Source: Glaucostegus cemiculus
Taxonomy: Eukaryota
Length of the DNA stretch: 64,000 nucleotides
NCBI GenBank assembly: GCA_976551045.1
Contig: CDPCPM010000091.1
Span: 14,818,001 to 14,882,000 of the forward strand
Direction of reading: 5' to 3'
Part shown: positions 25,653 to 37,544 of the stretch, piece after piece
Layout: every line of letters starts with the position of its first letter
Numbering within the stretch: the first letter of the stretch is position 1
Notes under the pieces: generated by a model
Database searches by the model: none
What the model was told of the DNA's origin: nothing
Seen by the model: only the letters and a program-made list of their open reading frames with translations
Translations under genes and position numbers: made by a program

Positions 25653-25751
25653 TTAGTCAGTGTGTTGGCATTCAAAAGGGGGAGGTTAGTCAGTGTGTTG
25701 GCATTCAAAAGGGGGAGGTTAGTCAGTGTGTTGGCATTCAAAAGGGGGAGG
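25653..25751. repeat. Perfect tandem repeat, 3 x 33 bp
   Basis: (TTAGTCAGTGTGTTGGCATTCAAAAGGGGGAGG)x3, no spacers. Confidence 0.95.
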
Positions 25752-26155
25752 TACATAATCATGGAGGAAGGGACTGATGACGAAAAGGAGAGGGAAATTC
25801 CCACAAGGTATACGTGCTGGTGTATGCCAGCTTTAGTAACTTTGTAGGTGAGCATGATAGCTCTTTTCTTGTTTGTGGGAAGTTACTATTTACTATTATG
25901 CAAATTAGTTCACCTTTTGTGATACCTGTATTGACTGTGGGATGATGTATGGCAGGACATTGCGAGAGATCTTTTTTTGTGCTTCAGTAGTGCCATTGTG
26001 CTTCAGATTTTATCTCCAACAATTTGCAGGCCTTGTCTCTTGATTCAATCAACACTATGACGCTTTCCCTCATTAGAGATGCTTGACCAACGTCCCTCGA
26101 TTACCCAGTGAAGATACCGTATGCTTTATATGAAGATATCAGAGTTTGCTGCTTA

Positions 26156-26646
26156 TTCAGAATCAGAATCATTTTATTGTCACAACCATATCCACACACA
26201 CAGTCTGCATAGGAGCGAGATACCGTCCTCCACAGGTGCACGTCACATTCAATAACAAGCAAAAGAGATACACAGACACATACTAAAAAAACATTAAAAC
26301 CACGAAAATGAAATTAAATTCAGCAGGTTAAATAAATAGATTTAAAGTGAACGAACTGGTAGCGGGCATTTAAAGTGCTGGCGCATTTCTGAGCGCCTAG
26401 CACCCTTTAGTGTTAACAGGGTAGATGGAGGAATGAGAGAGTCCACAGTTCTGATGGCTTGCGGGAAGAAGCTATTGCACAGCCTCGTTGTTCTTGCCCT
26501 GATGCATTTGAGCCTCTTTCCAGACGGCAAGAGTGTGAAGAGATGATGGGAGGGGTGAGAAGGATCCGACATTATATTTTTGGCCTTCCTAACACATCGG
26601 TCCTTGTATATGTCTGCGATGGAGGGGAGAGAGACACCTATGATCT
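26156..26646 (-). mobile_element. Rex1/Babar 3' end, same subfamily as 8974
   Basis: MSDPSHPSHHLFTLLPSGKRLKCIRARTTRLCNSFFPQAIR; similar 3' UTR and (CTGATT)n tail. Confidence 0.92.
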
Positions 26647-26764
26647 TCCATTGTGTGCATGCAAGCCTGATTTTTCCCTTGGCTTTGGTAGCAGTGAATG
26701 GCCTGCAAGGAATAACAAACTCAGGGCAAAATATGTCCGCTGCACTCCTGCTCTGAGCAGCACA

Positions 26765-27920
26765 TTGTAGTTGTGTGGAGAACGGGGTTTCCCCTGCACC
26801 GCTACCGATGCAACCCTCACCTGTGTCTCTTCAATTTCCCACATCTCCCCCCAGACATAACAGGGAGAGAGTTCCCCTAGTCCTCGCCTACCACACCACA
26901 GGCATCCACATCTAACGTATCGTTCTCTGCAAATTCTGCCATCTGCAATGGGATCCCACCACCGGGCACATCTTCTCCCCACCCCACCCCCCACCCCCCA
27001 ACACCCAGCTTGCCGCAGGGATTGCAGTCTCCATGACTTGCTTGTCCCTCCTGACGACCCCCCTCCAGGCACTTAATCCTGCAGCCGCGTTGTTAACCAC
27101 CTCCCTCACCACCAGCCAGGGCTCTGAACAGACCTGCCAGGTGAGGCAGCGCTTCAGAAGTGCATCCACCGGCGTCATTTATTGCAGCTGGTGCTCCTGG
27201 TGCGGTCCTGTGCATCGGTGAGACCGCACGCAGATTGAGGGTTTGCTTCGTCGAGCACCTTCACTCCGTCTGCCGTAACAGCCAGGATCTCCTGGTGGCC
27301 AGCCATTTTAATTCCACTTCCCACTCCTACACAAGCATTGTCTGTCCACGGCCTTCTCTACTGGCAAGAAGAAGCCAGACACAGATTAGAGGAAAAACAC
27401 CTCATGTTCTGCCTTGGTGGTCTCCAACCTGATGGCATCAACATCGATTTCTCTAACTTCCGGGAACCGCTGTCCTCTGTCCCAATTTCTGTTTTCCCGT
27501 ATTCTACCAGCCCCAATACCCCTCTCTCTCCCCTCCCCCACCCTCTCAACCTTCCCATCACCCATACCTTCCTCCCTCTGGTTCCCCTCCTCACCTCCCT
27601 CCCTTTTTATTGCACGGTCCACTGCCCTCTCCTATCAAATTCCATCTTCTTCAGCCCTTCATCACTTTCACCTATCACCTCCCAGTTTCTTGCATCATTC
27701 CCACTTGCCACTTCCCCTACCTGCCTATCTTCTCTCTCTCTCTCACCTGGATTCACCTATCACCTGCCAGCTCTCGCTTCACCCCCTCCCCCCCCACCCT
27801 TTTGTACCGGCTACCTCCCCCTTTCTTTCCAGTCCTGAAGACGGGACTCGACCCAAAACGTCGACTGTCCATAGATGCTGCCTGACCCATTTGAGTTCCT
27901 CCAGCATTTTGTGTGTTGCA
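26765..27920 (+). mobile_element. Penelope-like element 3' part: GIY-YIG endonuclease remnant and pLTR
   Basis: VIYCSWC..C / CIGETARRLRVCFVEHLHSV..VASHFNS.SH / RHRLEEKHLMFCLGGLQPDGINIDF across frameshifts; pyrimidine-rich UTR; terminal GATGCTGCCTGACC..GAGTTCCTCCAGCA. Confidence 0.9.
27830..27867 (+). ncRNA. Minimal type-I hammerhead ribozyme motif, G12-mutated and probably inactive
   Basis: CAGTC-CTGAAGA-c-GGGA CTCG ACCC-aAAA-CG-TC-GACTG: stem I CAGTC/GACTG, core CUGANGA, stem II, GAAA changed to AAAA, GUC site. Confidence 0.7.
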
Positions 27921-28699
27921 GATGTGTGCAGTGGATATTCATGACTTGTCTATCATCTCAGTTGTTGAATGGCAGTCATCCCAGTTTTGATTGCTTCAGG
28001 GTTATTGTCCATTTGGATCATAACATCTCAGACCTCCCCTTCCACTCCTGGACCTTCACACTCACTCATAGTTTCAGCCAGTAAGAACCTATCTGACTTG
28101 CTGACTACTTCCTCCTGCCTGGAGATCTTTGACCTGGTGCCAGAACTTTTAAGTCCATGAGTTAAAATACATAACAGATGCCTACTGCCTGAAGGGCTCT
28201 TTTGACTTGCATTTCTTTTTTTTTTCTTAATCATTCTTGGTGACGGGGAATGCATAAAAACTTCTTTAGGTAGTCAGTTGCACCTCCTTGGGAAATTATG
28301 GCTGAATTAATTGCCGTTTAAATACATTAACATTCCACAATAGCTAAAAGTAACTATGCATACCTTTCCCTCCTGTTACTAACCTTCTGTTAGCACTTTC
28401 CCTTCCATGTTCTCTACCCTGTTTCCAATAGCTTAGCCTGTGGCCCCTAAGATGAGTTGCAAAGCTTCCTCTCTGGAAATGCTAAAACTTTGAAAATTTC
28501 TCCTCCAGCTGTAATGGATGTCACACTGTCGTAGTGACACCAGAATATGGTGATGAAGGAATCTAGTTGGTCACTTCTATTTACAGAAGAGTTTGCATCC
28601 AAACCATGGTTATAATGCCCTTAGGTGAAGATTCTCTTAAATACCTCTCCTTTAAGACCACCATATTGCCTTTAACACACCTTAACACAACACCTTTAA

Positions 28700-28917
28700 C
28701 ACAATAAAACACCTTGTTTGTCTACCTACACTGCACTTTCTCTGTAGCCGTGACACTTTACTCTATACTCTTATTGTTTTTACCTGTACTATCTCAATGC
28801 ACTTTGCACTAACTCGATGTAACTGCACTGTGTAATGAGTTGACCTGTACAATCGCTATGCAAGACAAGTTTTTCACAGTACCTCAGTAAAAGTGACAAT
28901 AATAAACCAATACCAAT
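28700..28917 (+). mobile_element. Rex1/Babar 3' UTR fragment
   Basis: ATGCAAGACAAGTTTTTCACAGTACCTC..GTGACAATAATAAACCAATACC, same family as the 40807 tail. Confidence 0.8.
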
Positions 28918-29349
28918 TCTGCCTAGAGCACGACATCATGACTAGCTGAGAATTGGAAGACCTTATGATAAACCCATTTTTATACTGCCTAGACTCAGTG
29001 GCCACTGCTCCGTATTATTCTGTGTGAATTTGGGCTCCGTAGAACTGGAAAGGAAAGGATAAGTTCCAGTAAACACAAGTTTCCACATGCACTTCTGCTT
29101 CCAATGGTTGAAAATTTCTGATTCTTCTCTGCTGATGATACAAACAGTAACTGAGTGAAACATCATCTGGACAACTTAGTTTTGCAACAGATACTGTTTA
29201 AAATAAGTGATACCATGGGTTATGGGGAGTTAACTGGATTGTCACCTGTGTATTGAACAGTTGCTGCAGGCTGGAAAGAGAATCGAGGAGAAATTTCCCA
29301 TTTTTTTTCCTCATTCCCTGTTATTGTGTCATGATTGATGAATATAAGG

Positions 29350-29630
29350 AGACTCGAGACTGCAGGTACTGGAGTCTGAAGCAGAAAGCAAACTGCTGGA
29401 GGAACTCAGTGGGTTAACTAGAATCTATAGAGGGAAGTGGACTGTTGATGTTTTGATATCTTAATGAAGGGTCTCGGCCCAAAACGTTGACCGTTTATTT
29501 CCCTCCATAGATGCTGCCTGACCTGCTGAGTTCCTCCAGCAATCTTTGTCTATTGTTCCAGATTCCAGCATCTGCAGAATTTTTTGTGTCTCTGTTGATG
29601 TTTTGGGTTTAGTCCCCTCACGTGGACTGC
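29350..29630. mobile_element. Penelope pLTR-derived palindromic composite
   Basis: Minus copy (CTGCTGGAGGAACTCAG) and plus copy 29456-29591 (GAAGGGTCTCGGCCCAAAACGTTGAC..GAGTTCCTCCAGCA), the latter flanked by a 14-bp direct repeat. Confidence 0.85.
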
Positions 29631-30627
29631 AATTCCAATCCATGCTAATGTAAGAAAGCTGTCCCCTCCCACTTTGATGGGTGCCATATACACCAGGTGG
29701 CATCAGAGTTGAGAATGCATTTACCGGAACAAGTCGGATTTACTAGGCAATGAGAGGACCCAGAAAAAGAAGGCAGGCATCCTGAATTTTCATCTCATGA
29801 ACTCTAAATGTACTCTGAACAATAGGGGAAATCTTACTGATACTATCACCATGAAACTTCCTTGAATACTTTCTTAACACCACACCCATAATTTTCAACC
29901 GAAGTCTCACTTCACCTGTAATCATTAACATAATCAACAAGGAAGTTCCAGGTACAGCTGCTACACTGACCGTGGATGAGTACTGCTTTGACTTTATGTT
30001 GGAAGAAACCCTTAAAGAACTTGATACCAGTGCTTTATTTTTCTCTGCAACAATACTGAATGCACGCCCTGGGAGATACTTTTAAAAATTATTCCAACTT
30101 CCTTCTACTGGGTTTCCACGAGAGGTTTTTGCCTGACAACAAGTGCGGAGAGCCAGAGGCTACTGAGCATTGGCAGCAAGCGTTCAAATACCTGTAAGAA
30201 AAAGAATGAAGGGTGTAAGGTATGATCATTTCTCTTTTTCTCAGTGTGTGAGAAAGTTGATGACATTCATGAAGCCACGCATTGAATACTAAATAACCTG
30301 TTACAATCAAATATGACACTTTAGAGTTCAGTAGTAACCCCAAAGTGGAGACTAAAATAATCTGAATTTTACACAGCTGGTGAATTTAGACAGTTTTAAT
30401 TTTAAATGCTTAACTTCAATCTTTCTTCATCTCTAGAAGAGGATCACATTTGTTGAAATGATATTAATACACAGGTATGACCATTGTTCAGTTGGAGGTT
30501 TCTTGGTTGTTGGTCTGGGAGACAAAAGTAAAACTTCTAGAGTGGTAGAGAGGGACAGCACGAAACAGGCCCTTCAGCCTCTGGGCCCCACGCCCCCCCC
30601 CCATCCGCCTGACTATCAAGAACCCAG

Positions 30628-30820
30628 ATAACTCCAGATGCTGGAATCTGGAGCAAAAAAACCTGCTTTTAGAACTCGGGTGGATCAAGCCACACACATG
30701 GAGGTAAAGGGATGGTAACTTTTCCCGTCAACACCAAGCACCAGTCCGGATGCAGAGTCACGACTGAAACGTTGACTATCCCTTTGCCTCAATAGATGCT
30801 GCTTAACCTGCTGAGTTCTA
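30628..30820. mobile_element. Palindromic Penelope-derived element truncated by CR1
   Basis: CAGATGCTGGAATCTGGAGCA arm; GAAACGTTGACT..AGATGCTGCTTAACCTGCTGAGTTC arm. Confidence 0.75.
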
Positions 30821-31563
30821 AGGAGTGGAGAGGAAGATACCAAGTGTGGAGGAGCAGAGGGATCTGGGGGTTCATATCCACAGATCCCTGAAAGTTGCCT
30901 CGCAGGTGGATAGGGTCGTTAAGAAAGCTTATGGGATGTCAGCTTTCATAAATCATGGGATCGAGTTTAAGAGCCGTGAGATAATGATGCAGCTCTACAA
31001 AACTCTGGTTAGACCACACTTAGAGTACTGTGTCCCGTTCTGGTCGCCTCATTATAGGAAGGACGTGGAGGCATTGGAGAGGGTGCAGAGGAGATTTACC
31101 AGGATGCTGCCTGGATTTGAGAGTATGGATTATGAGGAGAAGACTAAAAGAGCTAGGGCTTTACTCATTGGAGAGAAGGAGGATGAGAGGAGACATGATA
31201 GAGGTGTACAAAATATTAAGAGGAATAGATAGAGTGGACAGCCAGTGCCTCTTTCCCAGGGCACCAATGCTCAATACAAGAGGGCACGGCTTTAAAGTAA
31301 TGGGTGGGAAGTTCAGGGGAGATATCAGAGGGAGGTTTTTCACCCAGAGAGTGGTTGGTGCATGGAATGCACTGCCTGGGGTGGTGGTGGAGGCGGATAT
31401 GTTGATCAAGTTCAAGAGATTGTTAGATAAACATATGGAGGAATTTAAAATAAAGGGACATGTGGGAGGAAGGGGTTACATAGGTTTAGGCGAGGTTTAA
31501 AGGTTGGCACAACATGGTGGGCTGCAGGCCTGCATTGTGCTGGACTGTTCTATGGTTCTATGA
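30821..31563 (+). mobile_element. CR1 LINE 3' 740 bp, young
   Basis: EQRDLGVHIHRSLKVASQVDRVVKKAYG..LYKTLVRPHLEYCV.FWSP..ELGLYSLERRRMRGDMIEVYKI..FFTQRVVGAWNALP with one frameshift; TGTTCTATGGTTCTATG tail. Confidence 0.95.
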
Positions 31564-31639
31564 AACTTATTTTGGCAAAATGAGGTGCAAGTTTAGAATG
31601 GCTGATCACTGATTATTTAAAACTTGTCCTGAGAGCAGT

Positions 31640-32340
31640 ATTGTGCCTTTTTGGAAAATAATCTGCTGTTTCTTGAGTTTATTTGAGCTTCTTGAGAAGA
31701 CCATAGGCCAAGGACAGTGAGGAGGGAGTAGGAATGGGATGGAAAATTAAAACGACAGGCCATTGAAAATGCAGTGTTATTGTTCAGGACCGAACAAAGC
31801 AGTCGCCCAATCATTGTTTGGCTTTTCCAATGTAGGTGAGAGCATATTGGGAATACTAAGTGCAATACACTAATCTGGAAGGAGCGTAAGTAAATTTCTG
31901 CTTCAGCCAGTGTGTTTGGGTAACTGGACAACAGGAAGGGAGGAGATAAAAGAGCTGGTGTTGTATCCCCAGGGTGTTGCATGGGAAGGTGTCATGCAAG
32001 GGGAAGTAAGAATTGAAGGAAATGGAAGTGTGGACAGGGAAGTCTCTTCAGAATGCTGAAAGAGATGTAGAGCGGTAAATATCTGGTGGTGGCTACACCT
32101 CAGAGGATGGCCTGTTGAATCTAGATCCCAGTGGGATGAAAAATAAGGGCAAGGGAAAATTCTATCCATGATGTGAGAGCAAATGTGTGAGAAAATGGAA
32201 CCAGCACTGGTGGGAGTCCTTTCCACTCTGGTAGAAGGGAAATAGTGGAAGAAAAGTGAAATAATTTCAGAAATACTGAAGACATTTGGATACTGCAGTA
32301 AGTGACATATCAATGGGGTTTCCACAGTAAATGCACAATC
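31640..32340 (-). mobile_element. Old Penelope-like element fragment (GIY-YIG region)
   Basis: AAAGCAGTCGCCCAATC..TTTGGCTTTTCCAATGTA is the reverse of a YIG.xK..LGDCF motif; collinear with 26800-27300. Confidence 0.65.
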
Positions 32341-33327
32341 CAAAACTGGGTCAAAACATCTAGAAATGCCACTAGAAGGGACAATATAAGACTTCCCAAG
32401 CCTATTACAAGAGGGATGGCACTGATCCCTTTAAAATATTATGGACAGGAGAGGACATTATTGCTCTCAGCTCTTATGTCTGCAGCAATGAATTGGCCTC
32501 TCAACAATAATCAAACTAAGGATAACCAGTGGAGCAAGGTTGGGTGCAGGGCTCAGAACTGGAATAGTGTGTACAAGGACAAAACAAGTAGTCTATTTCT
32601 GCTTTTTAGGTCTCAGTGTTCATAAAGCAGAAGATGCTTCATTGTACTCATGCTTCATGGAGACTGACAATTCAAGTGCTTAAAACTCATAACTTGATGC
32701 TCCAGTGTTGTTGGGAAGCAGGGCAAAGGGCAGCTCGTCTTCATTTATTGCAGCTTCGTTACATATAAACCTAAGCTTGAAGAATATACTGTAGCTGTCA
32801 CAATGCACAGGTGAAAATTCCAATGACCTTGCAATAGACTGTGAAAGAGAAATCATTGAGTAGAATTTCCATGGGAGTTTCAAGCATATCTGCCTTAATT
32901 TTGACAGAAGATCAGAAGTGTGTTTTTTTTAAAGAAACAGAAGTCTTTAATCCAGGGATTCTGTAATCATTTCGTTGAAATTAAGGTGGTAGTTAGGGAG
33001 AACCTCAGAAACCGCTTTCCCATCCCCAAACCCCTGAACTCCCAAATATTGCAGGTGTATGTTTGCTACATTAAAATACCATTAACCACACTTGGGTTTC
33101 GAGGCTGTTAGGCACAATTGAATAAGTGCTAGCCATGGTTACTCAAAACAATGTATGGTTCACTGCCCAAACAGTGTAATACATCTCACTTCTGTGTGGA
33201 GTTAATTTCAGTTAAAGATAGGTTAAATAGAATTTAAGAATCCAGTAATTCGATTATCAAAATTAATCAGTTTGTCATCAAAGTTACCACATGAGATCAA
33301 TAATAGTAGAAATACAGTTAACTAATT

Positions 33328-33590
33328 GGACGGCACGATAGCGTAGCGGTTAGCGTGACGCTGTTACAGCGCCAGCGATCGGGTTTCGATTCCCGTCGCT
33401 GTCTGTAAGGAGTTTGTATGTTCTCCCGTGTCTGCGTGGGTTTCCTCCGGGTGCTCCGGTTTCCTCCCACATTCTGAAAGACGTACAGGTAGGTGAATTT
33501 GGGGGTTTAAAATGGGCAGCGTGGACTCGGAGGGCCAAAAGGGCCTGTTACCACACCGTAAATAATTTTTAAAAATTTAAATTAAATAAG
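33328..33590 (+). mobile_element. V-SINE type A (CR1-like tail)
   Basis: Highly similar to 347-600; B-box GGTTTCGATTCCC; CpG-rich, so probably young. Confidence 0.92.
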
Positions 33591-33929
33591 GTGTGCAGCT
33601 ATCACAAGGAAGAAATGTTGCATACAAAGGGGTGAAAAGGTATAGAATGATAAACTTGTATGTGGAAGTACATTGTTTTAATTGAATTATAGTTAGGTTA
33701 AAACAGTTATAATCATTACTGTGTAGCTGTTTGTCATGGCTGTTGAGATTAGTTTAGTTCCGGGAAGATCTACAAACTGGCACATGTTTTGAAGACTCTG
33801 TGCTACTACCTCTATGTTTATATTCTTCCACAGCGTGCATTTAGTTGTCAGTGTGAACATTAGGGAGGTATAAAGAATAATCTGTAGGGCAGCAGTTGGT
33901 TTGCCAGGACAATGTGAAGGATGTTCAAC

Positions 33930-34664
33930 TGTCATCTCGAAATCGATTTCCCCTTCTGTCCGCTGCAAGAAGCACAGTGCCACCAGGTCTGGTCGAAAGG
34001 TCCCCTTTATTTTCTTTAGGAGTACTGCTAGGAGAGTCCCTTCAGCACTCACACAGAGTCGCTTCCCGAGGTGTCTCCCTGAGCAGTGGGCAGACAGAAA
34101 TTTATACAGCTTTTCTCACACAAACCCCATACACCAGGCCCTGCGAGTTTCGGGTGAACTGTGCAGGTGTTAAAACAGCTATTGCATTCTGTCTTAGCAT
34201 AATTGTGGGTATCACCCCTCATTGTTTGGTTTGGGTTCCCACTTCAATGTTAGCTGCCTCGCTGTCTGCTCCTACCCCGATGTTAATTTCACATGGGGGA
34301 TAGCGCCGGTGCCTGATAATTTGTAAGTCTCGATCGGTATCATTGCTGTCTATAGCGATTGTCAATTTCAAACAGTGGGGCGGCAGCTGTCTGTAGCGAT
34401 GGTGATTCCAGCTGATACGTTTCTATAGTGATGTAAATGTTAGTCTGTAGTGATGCTAATGCCAGTTTCAATGCTAGTCTGCACTATAGATGCTAATGTT
34501 AGTTTCTGTCAGCTCAGGGTGTTCTGATACCTAGGCAAAGGTAGTTAACATACCTGGCATTCCCCAGCTAGGCAGTCATCCCCCTACCTAGTCCAGGTTG
34601 GGAAGAAGTGCGTGGTCTTTTCTAGAAACAAAGATGGCTACAATTTTAACCTTTTACTACGACA
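33930..34664 (-). mobile_element. Solo LTR, endogenous-retrovirus-like (735 bp)
   Basis: TGTC...GACA termini; 4-bp TSD CAAC at 33926-33929 and 34665-34668; on - strand TATAAA at 34106-34101 and AATAAA at 34011-34006; short degenerate repeats in U3. Confidence 0.85.
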
Positions 34665-35321
34665 CAACCCTCAGCCAAATCTACCATAAATATCTGCAAC
34701 ACAAGATAGAAAAGCACTTGTGGGGCTACTGTAACCACAAGCTAAAGTCTACTTACACAACACCCAGATTCCAAGGTGACTTGTCAGAGTTGTTGTTTAG
34801 GTCAATGCTCTCCTACATTTCATAAACATAAAGTGAAATATTTGCTTTTGTTTCTTAACACTGATACCAGGGCTGTACACTTATTTTTAGTACTAAAGCA
34901 AATATCTAAAGAGAATACTTCACCATTTATAATCCTTTCTAGTACAAAACATTGCAGCAATTGAGATGAATCCTCTTCTGTATTTTATAGAATGAGTTCT
35001 TCACAATTAAATTTCTTGAAATTCATGAAAGTTAGATACAATTCTTGCAAAGTTGCACTGCAAAGATTGGCGTTTCATTTATTTATGAGGTTTACCTTTT
35101 ACTGTCTTAAAACAAAAAAGTGGCTGTGGTTTGGCATTTGGAATTGAGGGTTCTAAAGTGGGGAGTGCAGTGACATAAGAATGGAGCTTGGTGTTGCAGA
35201 GTGCAGAGCAAAGCACCATTCACTCAAACCACAGGTGAGCTTTGAGGAAGTAAAATATTTCAAAGTAAGAGTCGAGAAAATAATCAGACATTGGTTCAAA
35301 TCACCTTGGATAATGAGTTGA

Positions 35322-35675
35322 AGTAGAACATAGAACATAGATACCTACAGCACAATTCAGGCCCTTCGGCCCACAAAGCTGTGCCAAACATGTCCCCACA
35401 CTATTAGGCTTACCCATAGCCTTCTATCTTATTTACCTCCATGTACCTATCCAACAGTCTCTTGAAAGACCCTATCGTATCCACCTCCACCACCATTTCC
35501 GGCAGCCCATTCCACGCACCCACCACTCTCTGAGTAAAAAACTTACCCCTAACATCTCCCCTATATCTTCCCCCCCAGCACCTTAAATCTACGTCCTCTT
35601 GTGGCCACCATTTTGGCCCTGGGGAAAAGCCTCCGACTATCTACCCTATCCATACCTCTCAACATCTTATACACT
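35322..35675 (-). mobile_element. CR1 3' end, same subfamily as 13655
   Basis: (TAGAACA)n tail, CAGGCCCTTCGGCCC, CCATTCCACGCACCCACCACTCTCTG. Confidence 0.92.
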
Positions 35676-36054
35676 TATATACAAAGTATATATAACTTAT
35701 CTTATAACATCTTATACAAAGTCTGCCCAGTGTTTGGTTCGAAAGGGAATGTTACTTGTGGAGAGAGATGGATTCTTCTCCAGAGGAAACATCCAGAATC
35801 TACTTAACTATTCAGCAGGAAGATAAATGCAACTAATGCGTATGGTATGGACAAATTATAGGGTTTTGAAAATGGAGTTGTTTGTGATCATATTCTGCAT
35901 TTCATTTTCAATGGGTGATTACTGGTCACGCTACTGAATGTATTCAACAAACGAGAGCTGATGAATCTGCACTAATGGGTGGTTTAATTCTTGCACGAAC
36001 ATTTCTTCATGAAAGACGAGTGCTTGAATTTAACTTGGTCGTCACCTCAGGCTG

Positions 36055-36360
36055 TCGTTCAGTATTGAGGGACCTTATCAAACACCTTCCAAAAATCCAA
36101 ATGCACTGCATCCACTGGTTCCCCATGATGTATTCTACTAGTCACATCCTCAAAGGACCCCAGCAGATTAGTGAAACATGATGTTCTTTGGATTAATCCG
36201 TGTTGGTTCTGCTCAATCCTATTATTCTTCACAGGGTTATTTGGTGTTACATCCTTCACCATAGATTCCAGCAATTTCCCACTCATTGATGTTAGACTAA
36301 CAGATCAGCTGTTCCCTGTTATTTTTCTTCCTCCTCCATTCTTAAATAGTGCAGTCACAT
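36055..36360 (-). mobile_element. CR1 RT fragment
   Basis: GKLLES..QHGL...SCFTNLL.SFEDVT..VDAVHLDF.KVFDKVP. Confidence 0.85.
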
Positions 36361-36429
36361 CTGTCAAAGGATCTGAATTCCAGGGCTATAATATCTATGC
36401 AGTGTTCAGGTCTGCTGCTATTGAGGCTG

Positions 36430-36690
36430 ACTGAGAGGATCCCTATGGTCCAGGTCCCAGACTTCATTGTGTCGAGCTGAACTCTCTTTTAAAGTGGGTA
36501 GCTGACATACCAGGCGTCACGGGGCAAGGTCTGGCTCCGGTGGTGAGAGGATTCAAGGTGACTGGAGACCCTCACTGCTGCATGGGTATTAATGCACGCA
36601 CACAGCTGGGTACAAGTAGGGCCCACTTGGCATGTGTTCACTTGCATGCACGGATTAAGGTGTAGGCTCAGAAGCTGTGCCCACTCCCTC
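36430..36690 (-). mobile_element. RTE-like LINE 5' UTR plus first codons, copy 1
   Basis: Homologous to 38455-38605; ATG at 36467 gives MKSGTWTIGIL, like the MKxGTWNVRTL start of RTE endonucleases. Confidence 0.55.
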
Positions 36691-37544
36691 TCTCCCTCTG
36701 TTTTGTGAGATGTATGGGTACCTGCCTGCTTTCTCCCTCCTTGTGAGATTATGGGCAAATATTCATATACTTCTGTTCTCATATTTTAAATGTAATTCTA
36801 ATTAGATGTGGTTAACCTTCAAATATAAATCAGCAGAATTCTTTCTTCTCAAATTAAAATACATTTAAGTTCCTCATTTGCCAGCCCTCGTACATGGCGA
36901 GAGTATAATCTGTATTGATGGTTGAGTGCACAAATAAATATAGTGTGATGTGCCATGTGACACACAGGCGACCTCTCCCATTAACAAAAGCTAAAATGTA
37001 TTTTTTCTTGCGTTGGACTTTTCACAGGCAAAGTTTGTGACAAAGTCTACAAATGGATGAGTCAGCCAATTAAGGAACCAAATGTCACATTCTGTTAATC
37101 TGATTTGTCAACGTTGTTACCTTTTCTATTTCAAGTTTCCCACCAGCACTGGGTGATGCTTTGCCAGGAGATACCATCTGCCAATAACCAATTCTGTTTT
37201 GACTTGCTATGTAAATAAGTAGACCAGGTGTTGGGATAAAAGTCTTGGCATGTGATACGGTTCTGAAATAACCATGTGGCTGCATCAAAGGTTTCATGTG
37301 AGGACATTGCTGACAAATGCTGTTGTGCTTTGATGATCATGGAGTGCCTGATCGCTGCAGTGTCTTTATAGACAATTACCTAAAATTATTCAAATCCTTT
37401 TGCACAGACCATAGATATCAGAAACATCTTTAAAAAGTTCTATGGCCTTTGACAGCACCAGGACTTGGAATCCACCACTTGGTGCTCAGTTTGCCAAGAT
37501 CTAGTCATGCCAATTATCCAAACTAAACAAGAAACGGTCTTTTT

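Noticed and set aside
25653-25751. CRISPR-like 33-bp repeats
   Set aside because: Units are contiguous with no spacers, there are no cas genes, and the context is vertebrate.
27338-27944. Pro/Ser-rich ORFs
   Set aside because: They are read-through into the pyrimidine-rich Penelope 3' UTR.
33693-34303. Overlapping ORFs of 90-135 aa
   Set aside because: They lie largely within the solo LTR and show no gag, pol or env motifs.
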